This document shows positions 53,117-64,000 of a stretch of DNA of 64,000 nucleotides, in pieces (position 1 is the first letter of the stretch; every line of letters starts with the position of its first letter). A model generated the notes under the pieces. The model was not told the DNA's origin. It saw only the letters and a list, made by a program, of their open reading frames with translations, and did no database searches. This DNA is from Psilocybe cubensis (taxonomy: Eukaryota), in assembly GCA_017499595.2 (NCBI GenBank), contig CM039000.1, forward strand, positions 2,356,001 to 2,420,000, read 5' to 3'. The translations under genes were made by a program, and so were the position numbers.

Positions 53117-54695
53117 TCATCTTCTGTGCTTCGATTTTTTCCTGGTCATCGGCATGCCTGCCTCCACAACATCATCGTCTCGATCTTTATCATCCCGTCC
53201 GCCGTGTTCTTCCCGCTGGCGTTTTTTGCCTTTCCCCTTGCCATTCAACTCCATGTCCTTCATTTCGTTCTTGGCCGCCCTTGATGCCTCACCTACTCTT
53301 TCCTTAAGAGCAGCAATATCCTCTGCTTCGGTTTCATACAGTACCATTTTCTTCCCTATCACTTCTTCGATGCGCTGAATGAGTTCGACGTCGTATTGGG
53401 ACACGAGGGTGATAGCCTTTCCTGAGCGTCCTGCTCGGGCTGTTCGTCCTACTCGGTGAATGTAATCCTTGGAATGTTGGGGAACGTCGTAGTTTATAAC
53501 AACGTCAACTGAGGGGATATCCAAACCACTGATCCAGGATCAGAATATCATTTTGGTAACAGAGTGATTTTCACTCACCGACTAGCAATATCTGTAGCCA
53601 CAAGGATTTTCCGACTACCACTCTTAAATTTAGCCAGTGCTCCTAACCGTTGACTCTGGCTCATATCACCATGAATTGGCACGGCTGCAAAGCTTAATAT
53701 CCGTAGTATAATCGAAAGCCTGATTGTAATCATTTAGACAAACATCCATGAATTAACAGGCAACGAACTCACATCTGCGCTTCGGCTTTTGTCCTAGTAA
53801 ATACTATGATGGAATTTCCGGCCAGGGAGTGTACAAGATAAATAAAGTAAGCTTGTTTTTCTATGAAAGGCATTAAAAGATAATATTGCAGCAAGGTGTC
53901 CACAGTTTGATATCTATTCATTGCAACGTCAGCAGATGGTGATATGATTGAAGGTCGAAAACGTACTTTGAAGAAATCTCAACTTTGACTGGGTTGGTCA
54001 GACTTGCTCGTTGTAATTTGGCTACTTTTGTGGTCATAGTAGCAGAGAAAAGGTATGTCGTCCGTTCCTTAGGTATAAGCTTCAGGATTTTGTCAATTGC
54101 TTCGCTGAATTCCATGTTGAGCAGTCGATCAGCTTCATCGAGAACCTAGGGCAAGTTGAGTAACTATTTGAGATGCCGGGAGGTTGGAAGAACGCACCAA
54201 GAATTTCAATGTTCTCAAACTAAATCCCTTTGTGGTTTCTAGATGGTCAAGCAGACGTCCTGGGGTGCCGATAATGATATGAGGTCGCTTGGCGAGAGCT
54301 ATTTGCTGGGTAGGCATATCCATCCCTCCGATAAGAACCGCACAACGCACACCCATTGCGGAGCCCAGTGCCTCGAACTGCTCCGATATTTGATATGCTA
54401 ATTCGCGAGTGGGGGCAAGCACGCACGCAAATAGTCCTTTAGGTTCTTCCCATAGTTTCTGTAGAATAGGAAGTGCGAATGCTGCCGTTTTTCCTGAACC
54501 CGTTGAGGCAATACCAATGATATCACGGCCCTCGAGAGCATGGGGCAATGATTCCACCTGGATGTCTGTAGGTTTTTTGTATCCTACTCGTTCAAGGGAT
54601 TCCAAAAGGGGATCTATAAGTCCTAGCGACTTAAATGTGACTGGAGTATCTTTTGAGGGTTCTTTGGAGGTGCTGGCGTCTTCAGGCCCCGGCAT
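53117..54695 (-). CDS. RRP3: DEAD-box rRNA-processing helicase Rrp3 (DDX47)
   Basis: Q motif 'FKSLGL...GYKKPTDIQ', '[11 protein letters not shown]', 'PTRELAYQI', '[10 protein letters not shown]', '[17 protein letters not shown]', '[15 protein letters not shown]'. Confidence 0.92.
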
Positions 54696-54929
54696 TTTGT
54701 GAATTGGCGTATACAGGCCAACTTTCAAGAAAAAGTTTGATTCATTCATGTCAAAATTCCCACGATCATCTTTAGCAACCACTGACGTCCCCGCGTCGAG
54801 CCTGGACCGGTCGCCGTCGCCTACTGCATTGTTAACCCAAGCCAACCTTCAAGAACAAAGAGTAGGATCAAACAGAAGTTGTACTATACTGCTGAGTAGC
54901 TGGAGGAAAGCTGTCGGATTGTACCAGTC

Positions 54930-57900
54930 ATGGCCTCCTCGGCCAGCCAGTCAAGCCAGCGGGTTCTCGTTTCCTATTCTGCACCCCCAGTATTCCTCGC
55001 GTCGCCAAACTGGACCAAGGTTCATGCTGCGTTACTTTCCCAACTTCCCCTTCGGAACATACACTGGAAGTCTGCTTCGCGCGGATCTGTGAAGACTATT
55101 CAGGAGCTGGATGTTACCTTTGTGCCATTCGAATCATTGCGCGATGAACACACCTCTCAGATACCGGGTTCATTGCTCGAGAAGCCTCTGCTGCATATAT
55201 TCATTGCGCATTGCGAGGTGAGTTTGTTCAAGCCCCCAAACCTCTCCCAAAACATAACATAGTGTATAGGACAGTGATATCGACACATATCGAACTTCAA
55301 TTAAAAAGCAGATCAAGGACTGGCATACAATGGTCACTTCTCGCAAAAACCAGGAATGGTTAATCCTTCAAATAATTAGACCTGATGCGACGAAGCAAGC
55401 AGGAAATTTTTTCCAGATCAAAGGCACAGTTCTCGACAAACTGAAGACCGACTTCAATTCTGATAAACGAGACCGGTATGTATACTTCCGTCCCTCATGG
55501 GCCAATCTCATTGTATCATAAGTTGCGTGCAAATAAATTGGATGACTGGCAACGAAAATCCATTAGCATGGGCCGAGTTCGTGAACAAGATGAAGGAAGG
55601 TTTACTTTATGCTTTCGATGTGGCCATTGACGCGCGTCAAGAAGAGGTCAAGAGGTCTGAAAATCAGCAAGCGATGCCTGGTTGGAATTTTTGTACCTTT
55701 TTTATTTTAAAGGTGAGTCATTGTCCATTGGCTAATTAAGTTCACTTATGCGAATGCAGGAAAGCCTTGCCGCCTCATTTGAAGGAATAACCCTTTTCGA
55801 AGAAGCCTTAATTCCGTATGATGAACTGGAGGCGTTGTTCTACAAAGTTTCAAAGGAAAAGAATATGTCATGGTTTGGTAATCTTATCCAAACAAATCCC
55901 CAGGACGACGTTTCACCGCTGTTGACGGTCTCCAAAAAACCATATAGGGACCTCATCTTGGCCAATACAATATCTATCTTCGACTTCCGAATCTACCTCC
56001 TGGCTCGCCAATGTCAACTTCTTGCCAAAATGGGTCGCTTGAAGGATATCACCAGTAAAGTAGGTCTTTTCTTGGGTGCACTGGGACAGCGACTGCGGGA
56101 AATTGAAGTGAGTGGTTGTCTCGACATTCGGGCTATATTCTGACCTATATAGTCTACCCTTCCCGCCTTTTTTATCGAATCCTGGATATACTCCTCCGCT
56201 TTAAGCGCCGTTGAACAAATTAATAACTGGATAACCTCTCTTAAACTCGACACATCCAAATCTTCCTCCGTAAATGCAGGGAAAGGAGAACTTTTGGACA
56301 TTGCTCGCAGTCAGGTAATATATGTAAACTTTTTTACTTTGTTTTGTAACCATTTTCTCTAGCTCGACTCCATCGGTATAGCAGCTGGCCATCTACCCAA
56401 TTATCCACCCTTTTCAATATCCTCGACGCGTGGAACTGAGGCTCCAGGTGGCAAGCTTCGATTTTCCAATGAGACCCTTAATACCGCAGTCAACAATCGC
56501 AAAGCATTCTATGAATTGTATATTGCTGTAACAAACCGTGCTATAGATTTATATGCTAAATCAGGACGACGAAAATTTGCACTTAAACTGCATGGGAACT
56601 TGGCTGCTCTTGAATTGTGAGTGTTCTTAGGCCCAACGTAGATTATAGCTTAAATGAATGTTCTAGGCATCGCGGCAACTTCACTGCCGCCCTTAATACC
56701 TACACTTCTTTACCCGGGCATTACGCCCCTCATATGTGGACATCTTTGGAATCTTTCATGCTATCAAAAGCTTTGGACACACACATGAACCTGGACATGC
56801 CCCAGAATGTGGAATGGATACATATTGTTTTATCTTTCTTGAAGACATATGTTGAACACATCGACTCTGAGATGCTCATGCACGAAGCAGACAAAGTGGA
56901 TTATGTGTCTCGGCTTGTAGGATCATTAAGAGATTCGGTGGAAAAAATAGAAACCGGTGCGGATTGGAAGTGTATTAATATTGCGATGCTGCGTCTTATA
57001 TTATGTTCAGATCTGGCGCACCCCGACCATCCTGCCATGACTATACGGGTCGGAAATCAGGCGAAGCTGGCCGAAAGCCGGGATGGATCATATCTTGATG
57101 TAGTTGTAACTAATCATTTGCCTTGTGTAAGTTCGTCTTTGCCCTTGCGACAGGTTACCTGAACGTTCTTCAAAGTCATTTCCTGTAGACCAAATCACTG
57201 TCATTATATCCGGCAGAGATTCCGACAAATTCCGTTATAGTTCACCTGTAAATTTTAGCTGCCCTCCAGGAAAATCATCTTTTTCTTTATTTTGCCCTGT
57301 AAGTCATCTGTTTTGAATCTATTTCAACCATTCATAAGAGTATAGACGTCTACCTCTGGATCTTTCATTCTCGAATCCAGCGAAATCCGGTCGGCACATC
57401 TGCTCCTCCAATGGAATCACCGCAAAACAAATAACAAAGGCTCTCCATCACAAAATGCACTGCTCGTCAGAGTCCCTGCAGATCCTCTCTCTCTTAATGT
57501 TAGAATATCTCAGTCAAACAAAAGTGGGTTACCATTCAACGTGAAATATTTGTCCTTGGTTAACATAACAGATAGTTGAGCTTGGTAGACCACAATCCCT
57601 CACGGTTCTTTTGTCGACGGGAAGGAATAGCATCAAAAGGCTAACGATGAAACTAGCATCTCCGTCCGTTAACTTTTGGTGCAAAGAAGCCAGATTATTA
57701 GACGGTAGCTTACTTTAATGTTTGCTTTATGACCAATCTCACATATGTTGGCCAGGTCAAAATTTTGACGGGTTTAATCCGTCTGACGAAGGACTTGGAA
57801 TGGAAAACATTGCTGACGACAGCGATGTTACGTTGTTGATTCCGCACTCTGATGCATCTGCCCTAACAGCAATGGTATGGTTTGTGCCTTCAACTTTTTT

Positions 57901-59427
57901 ACAGACGTTTGACTATTGCCTATGTAGAAAGTCAACCTAGAAGTTGAATACTCGACAGCAAATGAACCTTTGATCAACAGAGTGTCTTTCTTCCCGAGAG
58001 TCCTAATTACGACATTGCCGATTTCTGTCAACGTCGAGGATTTCTTCCGAGGGACAAGGTAAGAATAATACGTCTGGTGACCGACAGGTTTGGACCTTAC
58101 ATGTTCACTAGATTAATCTCCAAGTTCACAGTGTCAAGCACAAGTCATCAGCATGTAAGAATTGCTGATGCCAGCCTTGATCTTCCAGAAGATGGCCTTG
58201 AGGGCGTCACCGTTCAGCCTGCCTTGAAGAAGCGCAATGTGGTGGTAGTGGTCCCTCACCTCAAAACACCGATATGAAATCTGACGCAATCGTTCGTTAG
58301 ACTGTAACACCGGCACAACCCGCAAACTTTCTATTCACTCTGGACTCCGCACATGGACCTGGTTTGTCTTTTTCTGTCCATCTCCAATGGTGTACATTCA
58401 TACAGAAAAACTTAGTTCGCGAATCTCTTACATTGCGGATCAAGTATAGAATGCTTCGAGAAGGTGAGCATCGCTAAATGCAAAAGCGGCTTTTTGGCGC
58501 TCATGTTGCAAAGAGGTGGAATCTATTGTTGAGAGCGTTGTTCGATCTGTCATCGAAGAGAGCCAATCTAGCTCAGGGAACAGAATCATAGTCGTTTCTA
58601 GACTTATAGATGCTTTGGAAAGCGAAGCTGGGTGGGTTGAAATGTATGGAGTGACAGGGGAACTTGTAGTACCAAACACTGCCGAAGGAGACGACGAAGT
58701 TGGCAAGCTAGTGGAGGAAGCCCGAAAGGTATTATACATCAATGTTTTACTGTTTCATAAATCTCATTTTAGACAGCGTTTAGCAGCGCATAGACATCCC
58801 AATTCTCCTGAAGGTTTTTGGCGAGAAATTAAAATTCCAGTCGACGTGCCTTTTATGAATGTGGGTCTCTTCTTGACTTGTTGATTATCTATCTCATATT
58901 ATTTCGTCAAGATTGTTGCGGCTGCTTGCATTCGCCTTATCTCTACTCCTTTTGCCAAAGACATAGAACAGCATACACTCCCATCATTGTACGCCGGACA
59001 ACCCATTTCCGCCCAGTTGACCATTCACACCTCTTTTCGCTGGGGTTCAAACCCAAGTGATACCAACAAGCAATATCTGCTTCGATTTAACATTGAAGAA
59101 ATGATTCGTGAATGGCTAGTCAGCGGTCCGAAGAAAGGTGATTTCATTGCCAAGGTAAGCCCTATGCCTATTAAACTTAATACCTCCCTAATAGTGCTTT
59201 AGGATGGGGAGACGCATACCATCCCTATTACCCTGATTGCTTTGCACCATGGAGAATTTTCCTTACCTAAAGTCACCATTACCGCTCTTCCCATGGCTGG
59301 TGCAATAACCATGGGTTCAATGGCTGTACCCAGCATTGAAACGTTTCAGGCGCATGGAGCAGATAGAATTTTAATCCTACCCCGAGGAGGCCGGAGTACA
59401 TTCGTCGTAGGAATGGGGCCAGGATGA
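54930..59427 (+). CDS. TRS130: TRAPP II-specific subunit Trs130 (TRAPPC10)
   Basis: 'QLPLRNIHWKS', 'LLEKPLLHIF', 'VLDKLKTDFN', 'MPGWNFCTFFILKESLA', 'ISIFDFRIYLLARQ', C-terminal 'WLVSGPKKGDF...LIALHHGEFSLP'. Confidence 0.9.
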
Positions 59428-60253
59428 TTCTCTCCGGTAGCAGAACGCCGGAGACAGGACTTTTGAGCGCGGGCCTACTTTGAGAGGAGAGTTGAAACCC
59501 CGTCACTACAATGGCACTCCTTGCCCTCGCCTTTGCTGCGCGTCGCCCGCAATGGAATATCTTGTGTCAGGAATGATCACCTTCCGTACTACAGGATAGA
59601 CAACGTTGTATATAGTCCATATGCAACGTATTAGGCGCCTCATTTATTGAACAATTCGGTCCTCCATTGATGATGGAAACAGACCTTATACGATTTTTTC
59701 GAACTGAACCAAGATATAGACTATACTAGAAACGATGTTATCTATTAGCGGGATGTTCGAGGGATTTGTATAATAGTAAATCCTTCCAACAAGAAGCTGC
59801 GGCACCACAAGTTGCGCCATTAGACAGACGTGGACTCACTGTGCACCACTGGTAAACTTCAAATGTTTGGATGACTTGAATTTGGCTTGAATACCCATAG
59901 CTGTAACTGCGGATCGGATAATTGATTGACTATGCTGGTAGTGATAGCGTTTAAAGGATCTTCATTGACACATATAGATTGGAATATGGCCTGTGCGCGC
60001 AACATACGCTATAATGTTGTCAGAAGTGCATGGTCACCGGGCGCAACAGACTGCGAAGGGCGGTGTTCGGCATCGTGGTGTCACTGTCAACTGTGCCCCA
60101 CATGGTCTCTGGGTTTAAATTTTGAGTCTCATCGGCGTCAAGCCCTAGATAGTTCGAGCTCCGACACGCATCCCTTCCTGACTGCCCTCACTTACCCGTT
60201 CAAAGCAACCACTTGCCAACGTTCACATTCCCCATCCCGCCCCGGAAATTATA

Positions 60254-61338
60254 ATGGCTGAAGGTAGCAACTACGACTATCTCTTCAAGGTATGAGCCGG
60301 GGAATAGCCATATTGTTGCGTCGTCGTCTTACACCAACCATACGACAGGTCGTCTTAATTGGTGACTCTGGCGTCGGGAAGTCGTACGTTTTTTTGTTTT
60401 ATAAAGCATAGGAAAGCATGCTAAACTCGTGTACGCGGCTAGCAACTGTATGTGGTGATCCCGGACCCAAACATGATGTCCGAATGTCTTATCCCTCTTC
60501 TACTACCTTGCAGTGCTCTCGCGATTCACACGTAATGAGTTCAATCTCGAGTCGAAATCGACCATCGGGGTAGAGTTTGCTACCAGGTCGATCAATGTTG
60601 ATGGAAAGACTGTGAAGGCTCAGATTTGGGATACAGGTATGTTCATACGCTGGCGATGAAGGGGTATTTTATCCTCCAAGTCGTACATGTTTGCTGGCAT
60701 ATGGCCTCGTTTTTTTCATACTGACGAACATTGTTCACAGCGGGTCAAGAACGTTACCGAGCTATTACTTCTGCGTATGTGCTGTCTTAATGTTCAACTT
60801 TAACTCGTTACTTATATTGATCCTGTCAGATACTATCGTGGAGCCGTCGGTGCTCTTCTAGTTTACGATATCGCGAAGCATGCCACCTACGTCAATGTGA
60901 CGCGGTGGTTGAAGGAGTTGCGGGATCATGCTGACTCGAACATTGTGATAATGCTTGTTGGAAACAAGAGCGATTTGAAGCACTTGAGAGCTGTACCCAC
61001 AGACGAAGCAAAGGCATTCTCGAGTGAGTGCAGATTTTTGTTGTATCGCCATGTGTACTTACACGTAACTCGGTCAAAGCTGAAAACGGTCTCTCTTTCA
61101 TTGAAACATCGGCGCTGGACGCCTCAAATGTCGAGTCTGCTTTCCAAACCATCCTTACTGGTAACATACTTCACTGATCCCTCGCAAGTATATCTAACCC
61201 ATTATATCAGATATCTACCGCATTGTTTCGAGCAAATCACTTGAATCGTCCACCTCCAACATTGAACCGCCCAAAGCCAGTATCAGCGTCGGACCAACTG
61301 TGGATTCGAATGCCAATCAGGGCGGCAAGTGCTGCTAA
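60254..61338 (+). CDS. YPT3: Rab11/Ypt31-family small GTPase
   Basis: '[45 protein letters not shown]', '[20 protein letters not shown]', 'GNKSD', 'ETSA', C-terminal GKCC. 8 exons including a 5-nt exon. Confidence 0.96.
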
Positions 61339-63009
61339 TTGTAGACTTGACCACTATTTGTTTCTGGAGCCGGATGGTCCTGAATGTTGCAGCGCATCTT
61401 TTGAGGGGTCATGTTCTCGGGATGTACAATTACCATAGCTATTTCCTTTTTTTTGTTCATATGTAATTGTTGCGTTTTTTTCCAAAATCTTTTTGTGAGA
61501 GGAACTGCAGTCAATGCACAGCATTCTTTACTCGGGGATTCAGAAGGACGGAATTATAGGCATACTAATTATGCATGAGGTTGATAAATACATTTCAATG
61601 AACTCGACCCTATTGCCCATGAGGCTACACAGCAAGTTTACTCGAAACCACAAAAATGCAGTCTCTTGATCTGGTTCCTCAAAATTAGATCTCCGCCTAA
61701 TGTGATGTTGACTCAGAGTGTCAAGTTAATTGTGATTTCCCCGGTGCCCAACTCTCCATTCTACTTTACTATATATTGTACGGAAAGGCGTAATTATGGA
61801 CATCCTTGACGGCTCGTAATTTGGCACGGGATCACTTTGCAATGCGACTACTAATAATCCATCCTTCCGAGTCAAGTCTTTCTTATTCTCGATTACTGCC
61901 ATACTATAAGAAGGGATTATAAATACCGAGCTGTGCACACCAACGACCTCTAACGCAACAGACTGGTATGTTCGTTTGCAAGGAGATTGCAAAGAACTAA
62001 CTTCGTACAGGGATCTCTCACTGCCATGGGCAAAACTCCATCACAGTATCCTACTCTTATTTTACGGGAAACAATGGCTGTTCAGCAATTCAAAATATCG
62101 ACTGAGGCAAACGGTCTACAAATCTCGTAGCTGTATAACTTCAACGTTGCGATTACTTGAATTGGGGCCCATCTAAGTTTTCGTTCTGTCCTTTCTTATC
62201 TAGCCGTTTCTACAAACAGTCACCCGGGTTGACTATACAACAGAGCTCAAAAGAACTGTCTACAGGACTGTTACCTCCGTTCTCCGTTTGCTTTCTGTCT
62301 CCAACAAAATCAATGGTTCATGTCTGCTAGCACCTAAACTATCACCGCCTTGTCAATCGCATAACAATTATCCTCAGGTTATCCTTGCGCAAACATCTTG
62401 GTCCTTGATTTTGTCTTGCCTGCCATCACACTGCATTTAGATAATTCCCCACCACCTCGCACTTGTCATTCCGAAGAGTTCCGTCTTCTTCGATTGCCAC
62501 ATCCTGAGAGACAGGCGACAACCTCATATATATATATATATCATTACCCAGTTGGATAGGGCTAACATTTGACTTTTTCTTTGGTGAAGGTCCGGAAGCT
62601 CCTCGCCCGGATATACCAGCACTGGTACACCTATCTATCTCCATTGGGTGGACCAACTTTTTAGCCTTATTTCGAAAAACTGGATTCACAGAAATGGTGC
62701 ACAAGTCTTGTCCAAAGATCGTATCAGTGGGGGTAGCACAGCTATATGCTTCGCTGACGGAGGTCATAGTCCTTAACTTTAGCCTCTCCGATACATAAAC
62801 CATTTTGTTTTTGGGTTTTTGCAACAAATAATTCTGCTTCAATAATACAGTATTATTCCCTACCCCGCAAAGTGATCGAGGGTACCCTGTAATGATGCAA
62901 CATTTTGATTAAATACACAAGAAATTAGATTCGTAAGAATGTCCTTCAAATATTGTCAACAAATTCCGGGATCTAAAAGTACATATGCAACAAGAAAGCT
63001 TCAGGGTCG

Positions 63010-64000
63010 TTACAACAACCTTAGCATGCTCAACAATATAATAACCGCCCAGGCGGCCACATGATAGTTTGGGGAAAGAGAAACTGCGTGACTGCTTGAA
63101 CCCGGTACGGGCAGGAAGTGAGAGGAATCTATTTTTTGCTGCTCGAGATTTTGCTGAGAGCATTAGCAAGTGTCAGTAGTGTAAAAAACATAGGAGAAGA
63201 TGGCAAGGTACTACATTACCTTAAAAGACACGAGGCCAACAATAATACCAAGTGCGAAAAAGATGCAGGCCACAATCAGCCATAAGAATCCCCACACTGT
63301 AAATAATTTAGAATCATTTCGTCGGTCACTAAATATAGCGAACTTCAATTCTACACACCTCTCGATGGACAGCAGCCACAGATGCGTGCGAATTCAGAAG
63401 CGTCGGAGGTGTTCACTTTCCGTGCAAGGGTGTCGTCTAGAAGAAGTGGAATGAAGCAGGGAGGATAGCAAAGAGAAATATAAATCCATACCAACAACAT
63501 CCCATATAACATACATGCACGACATAACGCCAATGAAAAGTACCTTGTGACGTTGAAGAATAAGGTAAAAATCATCAATGGCAATACAAATTTTTCCAAC
63601 TTACCAAGTAGCGAAGTGCAATTCCACCGCCGACAAACCAGAAGAGCACAATCAGTCCAGACATACCAAAGATCAAAAGCCACGATCTTTTCCTTGATGT
63701 CAGAGTTCGAATTGAAAACGTAGCGAGAACAAAACTTTACAGCCAATTTTTGCGTGCCCACCATAGTGTGAAAAGAAAGAAAACAGCCAAAACAATAGAT
63801 GCTACTTTGCTTGCGTTGGTATTGAAACCGCATGCTATCAAAGCTGCACCGATGAAGGAAGAACCGAGATATCCTGCCGGCAGAGTCAACCATGGTACTC
63901 CGCCTGACATGCTGGTGGCCCCTCCTTCGTCGGCTGTCCCAACGGAGAGGTAAGTAAAGCCCATATCACCTGAAAAAGAAAAGAGAAAGTCATACGATCG
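63010..64000 (-). CDS. Peptidase M50B-like membrane protein (3' part; 5' end outside the window)
   Basis: 'DEGGATSMSGG..WLTLPAGYLGSSFIGAALIACGF', 'LFIGVMSCMYVIWDV.DDTLARKVNTSDASEFA', several TM helices. The HExxH motif is not in the window. Confidence 0.85.

Noticed and set aside
54696..54845. N-terminal extension of RRP3 shown in the ORF track
   Set aside because: It runs through the shared RRP3/TRS130 promoter from a non-ATG start. The ATG at 54695 has good context and sits just before the Q motif.
59431..59456. TCTCCGG/CCGGAGA hairpin as a Helitron end or terminator
   Set aside because: There is no CTRR terminus or element body. It sits in the TRS130 3' UTR and is probably incidental.

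Overview
Intron-rich fungal genomic DNA, most consistent with an Agaricomycete (short ~50-60 nt introns, CBM1-GH10, GH88, basidiomycete-type uncharacterised proteins). I reconstructed 25 protein-coding genes by manual splicing: SMI1/KNR4, an MSC7-like aldehyde dehydrogenase, DCN1, CIA2/MIP18, RAD18, a CBM1-GH10 xylanase, a CorA-like protein, an H15-domain protein, NTF2, GH88, VPS1, TBP, a GH5 glucanase, a PDR ABC transporter, ALG3, an F-box protein, a 2OG-Fe(II) oxygenase, RRP3, TRS130, Rab11/Ypt3, a partial peptidase M50B-like gene and four uncharacterised genes. There is also a 5'-truncated tRNA-Asp. I saw no transposon ORF, CRISPR array or secondary-metabolite cluster. The most interesting signals are: a possible intron-internal alternative start giving DCN1 a di-Cys N-terminus; the TRAPPII subunit TRS130 lying directly beside its substrate Rab11; a 2-nt microexon just upstream of the GH10 catalytic motif; hairpin-packed long introns (TBP, VPS1, DCN1); several GC-AG introns; and a probable 5'-overlapping gene pair. 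All gene models are manual, no database search was run, and CDS coordinates span introns.
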